Of a stretch of 64,000 nucleotides of DNA, positions 28,901-37,632 are shown in pieces. Within the stretch, counting starts at the first letter, position 1; each line of letters begins with the position of its first letter. Position numbers and translations under genes: made by a program. The notes beneath the pieces are model-generated. The model did no database searches and was not told the origin of the DNA. It saw nothing but the letters and a program-made list of their open reading frames with translations. Origin of the DNA: a virus (lineage: Duplodnaviria; Heunggongvirae; Uroviricota; Caudoviricetes); the IMG/VR virus record IMGVR_UViG_3300048838_001248, positions 1 to 64,000 of that record, one strand, 5' to 3'.

Positions 28901-28924
28901 CAGTGAATAATAAATTGTTGCACA

Positions 28925-29155
28925 ATGAATTTAGTATTACAGATTTACTTAATAGGGGTGTTGGTCGCCTTTATTGAATCAGTCTATATCATGAGAGATA
29001 GAGAGACCAGACTGATATTATTAAGCGACCTCACGATAAGTTTTATTTTATCATTATGTAGTTGGGTTACAGTATTTGCGCTTTGGGTTGGCAGCAACAT
29101 AAAGCGTGCTGAAGATAAAATGATAGACAATAAAAATAAAAAGTATTTTAAATAA
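28925..29155 (+). CDS. membrane protein
   Basis: Two TM helices; host-type -7 box 25 nt upstream. Confidence 0.45.
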   Translation: MNLVLQIYLIGVLVAFIESVYIMRDRETRLILLSDLTISFILSLCSWVTVFALWVGSNIKRAEDKMIDNKNKKYFK

Positions 29156-29161
29156 AAGATT

Positions 29162-29557
29162 ATGCCAAGATTTGATAATATTAATGAGTTGCCTTACACA
29201 TTTGAGCAGCTTGATTATTTTGAAAGGGAGATGAAGAAGTATCGTTTACCCAAGTACGTTCAGTTCTGGAAGAAAGCCGGAGTATGGTTTATCAGGAACA
29301 CATTTTTACCAGCATTAATAATTATTGCTGTGTTTGGTTTTCTGTATATGTCTGATAGAAATTATGGTCAACGGGATTGGATGTGGACATTGGATAAGAC
29401 CATTGCATTATTTTACATTATTGGTTTTGGACTCTGGACATTATCATCACATCTTCTGGAATTATATTCAACGAATAAATTGCGTAGACGTTTAGGATTA
29501 CCCAAGTGGCATTTCCAAGTTCTGGTTATTGCATTCCAGATAACAGGTATGGATTAG
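29162..29557 (+). CDS. membrane protein
   Basis: Several TM helices; last gene before convergent terminator. Confidence 0.5.
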   Translation: MPRFDNINELPYTFEQLDYFEREMKKYRLPKYVQFWKKAGVWFIRNTFLPALIIIAVFGFLYMSDRNYGQRDWMWTLDKTIALFYIIGFGLWTLSSHLLELYSTNKLRRRLGLPKWHFQVLVIAFQITGMD

Positions 29558-29574
29558 TGTACAATGGTGCATAT

Positions 29575-29606
29575 AAAAAACCCGGACATTGCTATCTGGG
29601 TTTTTA
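29575..29606. terminator. bidirectional intrinsic terminator between convergent blocks
   Basis: A6-CCCGGACATTGCTATCTGGG-T5. Confidence 0.55.
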
Positions 29607-29625
29607 ATTAAAAGCTGTACATTGA

Positions 29626-29934
29626 TTACATGAACAAACTATAAATCAACCAGCCAACAAATAGTGTAAACCAAGGTGCGATTATGCTAACAATTGCTCC
29701 TGTGGTATTATCTTTATATTCTTTCTTGATAACCTGTCCGTCTCCAATACGAAAGAAACCAATGAATAAGAATAATCCCACTGCATGCCAGAAATTTATT
29801 TCAGGTAGACCGGGGAAGACTGGTATTACGAACCAGTACCAGAACTTGTACAATGCGTAACCCCATGAGAGGCTACCGTACATTAATAAAACAAAAGCTA
29901 ATGCTAAGAAGCCTAATAGTGCAAGTAATTCCAT
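29626..29934 (-). CDS. membrane protein
   Basis: Hydrophobic 102-aa ORF. Confidence 0.5.
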   Translation of the reverse strand: MELLALLGFLALAFVLLMYGSLSWGYALYKFWYWFVIPVFPGLPEINFWHAVGLFLFIGFFRIGDGQVIKKEYKDNTTGAIVSIIAPWFTLFVGWLIYSLFM

Positions 29935-29944
29935 AATTTAAATT

Positions 29945-30199
29945 TTAAAATAATTGAATATAATTTTTGTATTCCGGGTATTTGTTTTTAAGATAATCGA
30001 AAGCCAGTTTATCACCTGACTTTTTGGACAATGCGGTTATCTGGAATTCATCCAGCCATTTGATTCTATCACCACAGATAGTCATACCATTTTCATCGAA
30101 TTGCACCATGCCTTGTGGACAATATGTTTTGGTGTACAATCTCTGAATGAACATTGGTAAATTGAGTAGCCAGTGTTTTTGTTTGAGTTCAACTTTCAT
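29945..30199 (-). CDS. hypothetical protein
   Basis: 84-aa ORF. Confidence 0.45.
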   Translation of the reverse strand: MKVELKQKHWLLNLPMFIQRLYTKTYCPQGMVQFDENGMTICGDRIKWLDEFQITALSKKSGDKLAFDYLKNKYPEYKNYIQLF

Positions 30200-30612
30200 A
30201 TCTTCCAGTTTGGTGGGTATTTCTTATGTCTTTTAATATATTCCGCATCCAGTTCTTCGAGCATTCTGAAGCATCTGTTCTTCAGCAAGCTATAAGGATG
30301 GTGGATTTTATCGTAGTGGTCGAGCCAGAGTTTCTTTCCGAGTTCCGGTGTATGGATATATTGTTTGGTGTACAATCTCTCAAGACCTTCTTGCATATCG
30401 AATGCTGACTGTGATAGTCTACCAACGTAGTCCAGAATTCTGATAATTTCTTCATAGGTTTCAGTATGTGTTTTATCATCTATTCTTTTTTGGGTTTGAA
30501 TTATTTTTAATCTGTTTTTGAGTTTTTCAATAATCTCTTCTGCCTTACTTAGTTCGTTTTTATGGTCTGGGGTTATGAGATTATTATCGATTAGGATTTG
30601 TTCACTTAACAT
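30196..30612 (-). CDS. hypothetical protein
   Basis: 138-aa ORF. Confidence 0.5.
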   Translation of the reverse strand: MLSEQILIDNNLITPDHKNELSKAEEIIEKLKNRLKIIQTQKRIDDKTHTETYEEIIRILDYVGRLSQSAFDMQEGLERLYTKQYIHTPELGKKLWLDHYDKIHHPYSLLKNRCFRMLEELDAEYIKRHKKYPPNWKI

Positions 30613-30634
30613 GTGTTAAAAAGTTACATAGCTG

Positions 30635-31015
30635 TTATTTTTTTCTGATGGTTACGCCATCAACGTTACCCTTGACATTACCACAGTTAATTGTAGTACC
30701 GTCAACATCACCTCCTACATCTCCATTGATATTAATGCTTGTGCCATCAACGTCTCCACGTACATTGCCGTTAATGGTAGCACTTGTACAATCAAGATTT
30801 GCGAGGTCGCCTTCGAATGTGATGCGTACATTGCCATTAAGATTTTCTTTAATAACATCACCATCAACAATTACCTTACCGTTTCTCACCACGATATTTC
30901 TACCACGGACTTCGAAGGTCTCATTGTCAATACTGATTTTATTTAAAGCCTTCTTCATAGATTTGAATGCATCATCTAAGGTTTTTTCCATGTCATCGAA
31001 GATACTCATAGGCAT
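30635..31015 (-). CDS. Gly/Asn/Val/Asp repeat protein (beta-helix, bactofilin-like?)
   Basis: Repeats GNVRGDVDGTSININGDVGGDVDGTTINCGNVKGNVDG. Confidence 0.45.
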   Translation of the reverse strand: MPMSIFDDMEKTLDDAFKSMKKALNKISIDNETFEVRGRNIVVRNGKVIVDGDVIKENLNGNVRITFEGDLANLDCTSATINGNVRGDVDGTSININGDVGGDVDGTTINCGNVKGNVDGVTIRKK

Positions 31016-31017
31016 TT

Positions 31018-31266
31018 TTAATTAAAGTTAATACTATTTTCTAATATATATTGTTTCACAATTTTATCTGGGGTTTCGGAATTCGGGATGCCCGTGAAAT
31101 TAGTTTCGATTCCAAAACCCTGACTCCAATCAAACACCAGACCTTCACCTTCTGGGGTCTCGGATACCATTTCTTTATCGAATAGCTGCAGGAATACTCC
31201 TAACATATGGTCGTCACCACCTACAAGAGTTAATCTGTCGTCCTGATATAATGTCTTTCTACTCAC
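31018..31266 (-). CDS. hypothetical protein
   Basis: 82-aa ORF. Confidence 0.45.
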   Translation of the reverse strand: MSRKTLYQDDRLTLVGGDDHMLGVFLQLFDKEMVSETPEGEGLVFDWSQGFGIETNFTGIPNSETPDKIVKQYILENSINFN

Positions 31267-31291
31267 GGGGTTATAGTTTTTAATTAAAGTC

Positions 31292-31750
31292 TTACTTCAG
31301 GTCGTAGACATAAACATCTACAGATGCGCAGTCTTCGATAATTTGTTCGATGGTATTCCAGTCTCCACCTGCAAGACCTGCACCGATTCTCGGCATATGA
31401 AGACTTGCTCCAGTACGATAGGCGACATTATTTACTGCAGCAAGACAAGCACGCAGAGCACCGTATCTTATTGGTGGTTCTCCATTGGGAGATATTCCAA
31501 CACCACGCTGCGCAATCATGTTTGCCACTGAGATATTATCTTCTACCGGGACGAGCATTACTTTACCAAGCATCAATTCTTCTTTAGACATTTCTCTATA
31601 TGCTTCTTCAGGTTCGCTCCAACGTTTGGACAATGCTAATACGAAGCCAGCACCCCATGCACCGATATCGTTACATATGTGACAGATAATCTTGTTGCCG
31701 TCTCCCTGTGGGCGAGTAGCATCGCCTTTTAGATATTTGATTTTTTTCAT
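31292..31750 (-). CDS. macro-domain (ADP-ribose binding/processing) protein
   Basis: KGDATRP..IICHICNDIGAWGAGFV and HMPRIGAGLAGGDW resemble macro-domain glycine-rich loops. Confidence 0.5.
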   Translation of the reverse strand: MKKIKYLKGDATRPQGDGNKIICHICNDIGAWGAGFVLALSKRWSEPEEAYREMSKEELMLGKVMLVPVEDNISVANMIAQRGVGISPNGEPPIRYGALRACLAAVNNVAYRTGASLHMPRIGAGLAGGDWNTIEQIIEDCASVDVYVYDLK

Positions 31751-31756
31751 TTTTAA

Positions 31757-32122
31757 TTAAAATTTATATGTTTTTCTGAGTTCTTTTTTCACATCCAGTC
31801 CTTGGTTGTACATTGAGATGTAATTAAACAACTCAGTAGTACAGTCGTCCCAAGAGCGGTCGCATAATTGTTTCTCATGATACAGTATTTCATTTATGCG
31901 TACATTCTCACCTGTCTTCTCAGATTTCAGTGAGTAAACATAGTTATTACTTCTGAATTTTAAAAATTTCTTTTTCAACTTTGGTAATATTTTTTTATTA
32001 TCTACTACCACAGCGATTTGAAATCTCTTATCAAAGTGTTGAACGACAGTGGGATTATCCACCTCAATGATGGACAATCCCAAGCCATTCGGCAAATCTG
32101 TGTGTGAAGTGATTTTCATCAT
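31757..32122 (-). CDS. hypothetical protein
   Basis: 121-aa ORF. Confidence 0.5.
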   Translation of the reverse strand: MMKITSHTDLPNGLGLSIIEVDNPTVVQHFDKRFQIAVVVDNKKILPKLKKKFLKFRSNNYVYSLKSEKTGENVRINEILYHEKQLCDRSWDDCTTELFNYISMYNQGLDVKKELRKTYKF

Positions 32123-32553
32123 GCCATTTGCTTTTTAAGTTGTGCTTCCCGGTTTCTGGCAAACATTTCTTCCAGTGCATCTTCGCCTTTGATTTTCTGA
32201 GACACGTAATTGATATCAATATTTGCTTCGTATCCAATCCTGTCATCCTGCCATGCGTCACAGAACTTAACCCATGTAAGTCTCACAGAGGTCTTATTGA
32301 CCTTGGTAACCACATATACTGCATAGCTATCTGCATGCGGGAATCTGACTGTGCGTCCCAAGAGTGTGTTATGTGCACGGGCGATGGTTTTGAGTTCATC
32401 CATCAGGGTTTCCTGACGTTCCATGATGTTGTCGAAGTTATTCGGGTCATCACTTACTTTACCAAAAGAACCATAGGTGGGTTCGATTTCATTCATGGCT
32501 TCCAACTCTTTGAGTTTTACCACGATGTCTGAGAACAGATTTTTGTTTTTCAT
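32119..32553 (-). CDS. hypothetical protein
   Basis: 144-aa ORF. Confidence 0.5.
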   Translation of the reverse strand: MKNKNLFSDIVVKLKELEAMNEIEPTYGSFGKVSDDPNNFDNIMERQETLMDELKTIARAHNTLLGRTVRFPHADSYAVYVVTKVNKTSVRLTWVKFCDAWQDDRIGYEANIDINYVSQKIKGEDALEEMFARNREAQLKKQMA

Positions 32554-32582
32554 TTGTTTGTTTTTATTGGTTATTACTATTT

Positions 32583-33089
32583 TTAATTAAAATCAAATGT
32601 CTTTGGGTCGAATTGTTCTCTGATTTTATTGATTCTATTAATACCTTGCTTACGTAATTTTTCATCCCCGGAGTGATAGCAAGCCATGATTAGCATTCCG
32701 TACACATAATCATCCAAGGACTTCTCTGGATACCACTCACATTTGATATATTCATTGATTGCCAGTTGTAATTCATTGTTCTGCAGGTGCTGTAATGTAT
32801 TCAATGCGAATTTGCGTGCACGGTAAACCTGAATGTTTCTTTTATATGTGAGTAGTTCATTTTGACACCAACCTGCAACAATCAGGAGTATTCCACTTGT
32901 CATTAATGAACCTAATAATCCTGTTAGAATAGGTATGATAATTGATAGTTTAGTCCAATCACCATCTGAATAAATTCTAACAATAATTGTGGTTATCAGA
33001 AATACAGCGAAGAATATCAGGCAAGCATATCCAATTTGCATCAGAAGTTTTGTTTGCCTTTTCAGTTTGAATTTTTTCTTGGCTTCCAT
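32583..33089 (-). CDS. membrane protein
   Basis: Three to four TM helices. Confidence 0.5.
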   Translation of the reverse strand: MEAKKKFKLKRQTKLLMQIGYACLIFFAVFLITTIIVRIYSDGDWTKLSIIIPILTGLLGSLMTSGILLIVAGWCQNELLTYKRNIQVYRARKFALNTLQHLQNNELQLAINEYIKCEWYPEKSLDDYVYGMLIMACYHSGDEKLRKQGINRINKIREQFDPKTFDFN

Positions 33090-33112
33090 AGTCGTAGTGT
33101 TTTTAATTAAAA

Positions 33113-33511
33113 TTACTTTACTTCATATCCACATTGGGGACACCAACGTTTTCCTTCTTCAACATATGTTGGCATGTCTCTACCGTCACAATTACAGATA
33201 GGGTCTTGCTTATCATACTTAATTTCCAATTGCTTGTGAGGATGTTGGTCTTCAACATATTTCTCAATGGTTTGAATGTATTCGATTTGCTTCTCGAATT
33301 CCAAGGACTTAATGTATTCTTTGCTTCTATTTGAACCTATGAGTGATTTGGCTTTGAAGACATCTACAGAATTTGTGCTGATTGGTGCTTCGGGATGTAA
33401 GCAAGCAAGTGTGTATAATCTGGTGATGACAATTTGCTTTAGCTTTTCTGTCTCGTTTAAGAGGTCATCCATTTTCCTCTTATAGTCCTGTGCATTTGGG
33501 TTTTTTCTCAT
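33113..33511 (-). CDS. coiled-coil / C-terminal zinc-ribbon protein
   Basis: C-terminal CNCDG...CPQCG; the -10 element sits 4 nt from the ATG, so the transcript may be leaderless. Confidence 0.5.
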   Translation of the reverse strand: MRKNPNAQDYKRKMDDLLNETEKLKQIVITRLYTLACLHPEAPISTNSVDVFKAKSLIGSNRSKEYIKSLEFEKQIEYIQTIEKYVEDQHPHKQLEIKYDKQDPICNCDGRDMPTYVEEGKRWCPQCGYEVK

Positions 33512-33515
33512 GATT

Positions 33516-33546
33516 ATTATACGTAAATCATTTCAAAATGTTACAG
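33516..33546 (-). promoter_or_regulatory. phage ECF-type promoter (minus)
   Basis: Plus strand reads ATTATACG-N16-GTTACAG; 4 nt from start codon. Confidence 0.5.
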
Positions 33547-33608
33547 TTTTACTTGAAATAAAAATCCCTGTACATTGAAGTACAGGGATTTAAGAGAGTA
33601 CACAATAA

Positions 33609-34784
33609 TTATTCGATATCCACCAGTCTTGTCTCAATCATTTTCAGGAGTTCGGACATTGGTCTGCTTTCAGCTTCCGCTTTCATTGCAGTTTCAATTG
33701 GCAGTTGATTTGCCTTAACTTTGGCAATCAGTTCTTCAAGTTCTGCTTCCTCGTATTCCTGATAATCGCTTTCGAAGTACGCTTGTTCAATGATGTCAAT
33801 TTTACCATTGGTATAGGTTGCAACTGCGAAGGGGAAGTATTCACTCACACGCATTTTGCTGTGGTCATAATCCGGCACTGCAACAACATTGGCAGGGTTG
33901 ACGTAGCACACCAGTACTGCATTTCCACTGGAAGCAAACCTTTCAACATAAGTTGTTGCTCCAACATGCAGACCGTATGAACAATCCCTTGCAGGGTCGC
34001 TGTCACATGCATGGCGAGGCATCACTACTGGCTGACCGAGTACAATACTCATGGTCTTAGTGTGCTTGTCAGTGTAAATGGTTTCGGGTTCGTTTTTGTC
34101 ATCATTAAAGATTGACATAAACATGTCTCCGAGTTTGCCAAGGATTTCAACACCCTTTTCTTTTTCATCCCAACTTTCGGCTGTTTCGATTTTGGTAATG
34201 AAATAGTTTGTGGTATCTTCTTCCCTGTACACCACGTACTTGTTAGGACTGCATTTCCAGTCTTTCTTAACGTGAAGGTACTGGTTGCTCACGAATGCCG
34301 GAAGGTCGTTATCGGCTTTCTTTTTGTAATCAACAGCCTTGTACACAACCATATAACCGTTGTCAGTCAGAACAAAGTCATGGGTTGTAATGAAGTCAAA
34401 CAGACTTTCACGTACCCTGACATCCGGGTTAATCATCAGGAGTTTCCAGAAGTTGATAATGGCTTCCAGAGGATAGTTGTTCTCATGATATTCTTTCACG
34501 ACTTCAACCAGTGTTGCGGGAACGGGAGTATTGAAACCTGCAAGGTAAACCAATCCAGTTTCAGGGTCGGCTTCCAGACCTGCTTCCATTGCAATACGTG
34601 TGCGCTCATTGAGAAGCAAACGGACTGCTTTAAAATTATCCTCATTGGGATTTTCTTTTGCTTTCAGAACGGCACGAAACAGTTCATCAGCTTCTTTGGG
34701 TGAACCGCAGTTTTTCTTGTGAAGTTTACCTTCAATCGAAATGTTGACTACGTTACCTGTTTTGATTGCATTAATGTTTTTCAT
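33609..34784 (-). CDS. rIIB: rIIB-like protein
   Basis: CSYGLHVGATTYVERFASSGNAVLVCYVNPANVVAVP parallels T4 rIIB C..GLHV...F.SS..V..V.P..VV.P; directly downstream of rIIA. Confidence 0.7.
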   Translation of the reverse strand: MKNINAIKTGNVVNISIEGKLHKKNCGSPKEADELFRAVLKAKENPNEDNFKAVRLLLNERTRIAMEAGLEADPETGLVYLAGFNTPVPATLVEVVKEYHENNYPLEAIINFWKLLMINPDVRVRESLFDFITTHDFVLTDNGYMVVYKAVDYKKKADNDLPAFVSNQYLHVKKDWKCSPNKYVVYREEDTTNYFITKIETAESWDEKEKGVEILGKLGDMFMSIFNDDKNEPETIYTDKHTKTMSIVLGQPVVMPRHACDSDPARDCSYGLHVGATTYVERFASSGNAVLVCYVNPANVVAVPDYDHSKMRVSEYFPFAVATYTNGKIDIIEQAYFESDYQEYEEAELEELIAKVKANQLPIETAMKAEAESRPMSELLKMIETRLVDIE

Positions 34785-34823
34785 TTCAGTGTTTTTTAAG
34801 TTATTATTGTGTTTCTCTATGCA

Positions 34824-34854
34824 ATTATACGTAAATTATTTCAAATGGTTACAA
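34824..34854 (-). promoter_or_regulatory. phage promoter for rIIB
   Basis: 26-nt promoter-plus-leader block identical to the rIIA one. Confidence 0.6.
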
Positions 34855-34879
34855 AAATAAGTGAAAAAATGATGGTGCA

Positions 34880-37174
34880 TTATAGCACCATCACTTTATT
34901 TAAAATGTCATACAGGGTATCATTTGCATTCTCCATGCTCCAAGGCAGATTAAGATAAGACAAGATTTTCTGATTATTGACCTGTAAATCCTGTATTTCT
35001 TTCATTAAACGCAATATGCGTTTCTGTTCAGGGGTCTGCTTAATATTGGTCAGGTCAAAATGTCTCGAAAGTTCTGATTTCATGTAACCAACATCCTTTT
35101 TACTTGAAGGTAGATTTTCAATGTAGGTTTTAATTTCGTCAACCTTTGCCTGATATTTGGGAGCATTGAGTTTTGAATAGTTAACATCTTTATAGAAGTT
35201 AGTAATACTATCCCACTGCTCGGACATTCCATGTGTCTGAAAATAGGACATTATGAAGTCAGTTTTTCTGTAAAGCATTTTGTTGTAAAACTGGCTGACA
35301 TGATATGCTTTCTTGCAGTACTCAAAGTACTTTACATTACCCTGTGCAACCATGATAAACATAATGCTATTCTTTTCCTTGCCGGAATAACCATTATTGA
35401 ATTTACCATTGTAATCAACATATCTCACAACTGCTTTGTTATCAAAGAGTTCACGAAACATATCACTTGCTCTTCTCAATTCATTTTCATTTTCCTGTGT
35501 GCCATAGAAGATAGGCATGTTATAATCGAATAACATCGACAAACTAATCCTTTCCTTACTATGACCACCTATGAATTTTACAGGTATGGTTAACTTCCTT
35601 AGTTCAGGAGACATTGATTTCTTGTTCTTCCTTGAAGCAATAAAATCTTCCGGTACTTCAAGTGTATCATAATCCTGTGCGTTTTCACGTACAATGCTAA
35701 AGTATTCTTCCTGCATGTCAATCAAAGACTGAACAAAAGCAATTGGTTTGCCGTTATCGTCTGTGGTTTTATCCATGTGTACATTAAACAGTTCGGCAAT
35801 TTCACTGCGCATCCAATTATTGGCAACATTGCGAAGTGTAACAATATGATACAGGTCATATTTATAACCTAAGTAAGCCTGTTTGATAACCTTACGGTTA
35901 AATTCATCGTTGACGTACAATAGATTTGAATTCTTTTTAAGTTCTTCGTAACCACCTTCGAATTCGTACTTTGATGATGAATACCTTGACCTTGCAGGTT
36001 TCTTGCCATAAGACTTGACTTCGAAGAAAAACTTGAACAACTGTCTGTCATTCGGCATTTTCATAAAGCTGTACCGGAAATTCGACAGGTCAACATCTGA
36101 TTGCTTAATGATGTTGCTAACGGTTAAGGACATTCCGTTTTTGAATTCCAATACACCAAAGTTGTGTTTCAGATTAAAGTAATCCTTTAAGTCAACTATG
36201 TTACTGTACTGTTTTACAAGCAGTTCTTTCACTTCTTCCTTTGCAGCTTCCAGTTTCTTTTTGAGAACCTTAATGGTTTTCTCGCTGTAATCCAGTTGTT
36301 CTCTGGAAGCAACAACACCTATGTCACCCACTTCGAGTTTCAAAGCAATAGGTAAACTGTAATCACTTGCTGATAATCCAAGCACACTATAATCAATAGG
36401 GTAAGCAACCCTACCAAGGCATACATGCATGTGATGTGAATACTCATTGCCCCTGTAAAGGAAGTTCTTTCCCCGGACAATCTGATACTCATTTGAGAGT
36501 GTTTGACCATTGTAATAGTCATCTTCAAAACCTTCAAAGACAACATTTTCAAAGTAGTACAATTGCTTTACCATTTCTTTGGAGAAGCTATTCAGGTCTT
36601 TTTCCAGTACTGGTATACGGATTTCAGTACCATTGCGTTCTGTTGTTGCTTCACTATGTAACAAGCTGATTTCAGGTGCTTCCTGACCTTCATAGATACA
36701 GTAATAATAACGTGTACCATTGAAGTTGGTAATAACATAAAAGCTGTTATCGTATTCACCTTCACCATGACCAGTACTGCGTTTGTAAGCCAATGGAGTT
36801 TTGCCACCAATACCGAAACCACCAATCTGTGTGTTGTCGCACCTTTTTGTGCTTTCGAAGTAAACACCATAGATGTTTTCAACCCTGTCAGGAGACATAC
36901 CAACACCATAATCAATGAATGATATATATATGGTATCGGTTTGTGGGTCTTTGGATTTCTTAATGACAACCGGAGAATTCACCTGTGCTTCGACATGTGA
37001 ATCAAAACAGTTACTGGTAATCTCACGGACAACCGTACCTATAGGATTACTGTAAATGTTTTTGGTAAAAAGCTGAAATACCATTGAGGTAGCATTCTCT
37101 GATAAGCGCATTTTCTTTGCACCTGTACTGGCTTCTGTTGCCTGTGTCGAGAGTTGTTTCAAGTTGATTTCCAT
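34880..37174 (-). CDS. rIIA: rIIA-like protein (GHKL ATPase)
   Basis: N box EITSNCFDS, G1 IDYGVGMS, G2 GGFGIGGK match T4 rIIA (ELITNMIDA / RDFGPGMS / GGFGLGSK); 764 aa. Confidence 0.8.
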   Translation of the reverse strand: MEINLKQLSTQATEASTGAKKMRLSENATSMVFQLFTKNIYSNPIGTVVREITSNCFDSHVEAQVNSPVVIKKSKDPQTDTIYISFIDYGVGMSPDRVENIYGVYFESTKRCDNTQIGGFGIGGKTPLAYKRSTGHGEGEYDNSFYVITNFNGTRYYYCIYEGQEAPEISLLHSEATTERNGTEIRIPVLEKDLNSFSKEMVKQLYYFENVVFEGFEDDYYNGQTLSNEYQIVRGKNFLYRGNEYSHHMHVCLGRVAYPIDYSVLGLSASDYSLPIALKLEVGDIGVVASREQLDYSEKTIKVLKKKLEAAKEEVKELLVKQYSNIVDLKDYFNLKHNFGVLEFKNGMSLTVSNIIKQSDVDLSNFRYSFMKMPNDRQLFKFFFEVKSYGKKPARSRYSSSKYEFEGGYEELKKNSNLLYVNDEFNRKVIKQAYLGYKYDLYHIVTLRNVANNWMRSEIAELFNVHMDKTTDDNGKPIAFVQSLIDMQEEYFSIVRENAQDYDTLEVPEDFIASRKNKKSMSPELRKLTIPVKFIGGHSKERISLSMLFDYNMPIFYGTQENENELRRASDMFRELFDNKAVVRYVDYNGKFNNGYSGKEKNSIMFIMVAQGNVKYFEYCKKAYHVSQFYNKMLYRKTDFIMSYFQTHGMSEQWDSITNFYKDVNYSKLNAPKYQAKVDEIKTYIENLPSSKKDVGYMKSELSRHFDLTNIKQTPEQKRILRLMKEIQDLQVNNQKILSYLNLPWSMENANDTLYDILNKVMVL

Positions 37175-37219
37175 AATGTTTGGTTTTTATTGGTTAATAA
37201 TATTGTGTTTCTCTATGCA

Positions 37220-37250
37220 ATTATACGGAATATATTTGAAATGGTTACAA
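37220..37250 (-). promoter_or_regulatory. phage promoter for rIIA
   Basis: ATTGTGTTTCTCTATGCAATTATACG block shared with rIIB. Confidence 0.6.
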
Positions 37251-37335
37251 AATTATTCAATTATTTTTACTTTGCTTTTAAATAAAATTGTTGAGTTTTC
37301 AATCATGCTATTGTTTTTAAATAAAATCATATTGA

Positions 37336-37366
37336 GTTATACGTTTGAGTTGAAGTAAGGTTACAA
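37336..37366 (-). promoter_or_regulatory. phage-type promoter with no gene (about 70-nt transcript?)
   Basis: GTTATACG-N16-GTTACAA. Confidence 0.4.
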
Positions 37367-37375
37367 TCAGGGTCT

Positions 37376-37480
37376 TATTTAGACTGATTCTAACATCAGG
37401 ATATAAGGTAGGTTGGAGTCCACTTGGTTTCAGGTGGTGTGCCTGTTACAACTATTGGCTTATGTGGGTTATACATTCAT
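37376..37480 (-). ncRNA. candidate small RNA, family copy 1
   Basis: Core TTTAGA-N-TCTAAA hairpin plus TCAGGATATAAGGTAGGTTGGAGTC, directly downstream of its own promoter 37487-37517; no ORF. Confidence 0.4.
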
Positions 37481-37486
37481 ATATTT

Positions 37487-37517
37487 ATTATACGGATTCA
37501 GATTAAAATGGTTACAA
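37487..37517 (-). promoter_or_regulatory. phage promoter of sRNA copy 1
   Basis: ATTATACG-N16-GTTACAA. Confidence 0.55.
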
Positions 37518-37560
37518 ACATTTGCCACTAAATTCGTTTTATTGTCAATTGTTTGAAAAG

Positions 37561-37598
37561 AAAAAATCCCCTGCCGTTCTGGTTAAACGGAACAGGGG
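37561..37598 (-). terminator. intrinsic terminator (repeat copy A)
   Basis: CCCCTGCCGTTCTGGTTAAACGGAACAGGGG with T6 on minus. Confidence 0.55.
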
Positions 37599-37632
37599 AC
37601 TAACCAATAAAAACTACAAACAACAAATATTT

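Noticed and set aside
30648-31025. 125-aa Pro/Ser/Thr-rich plus-strand ORF
   Set aside because: Antisense translation of the Gly/Asn/Val/Asp repeat gene 30635..31015. Low-complexity mirror artifact.
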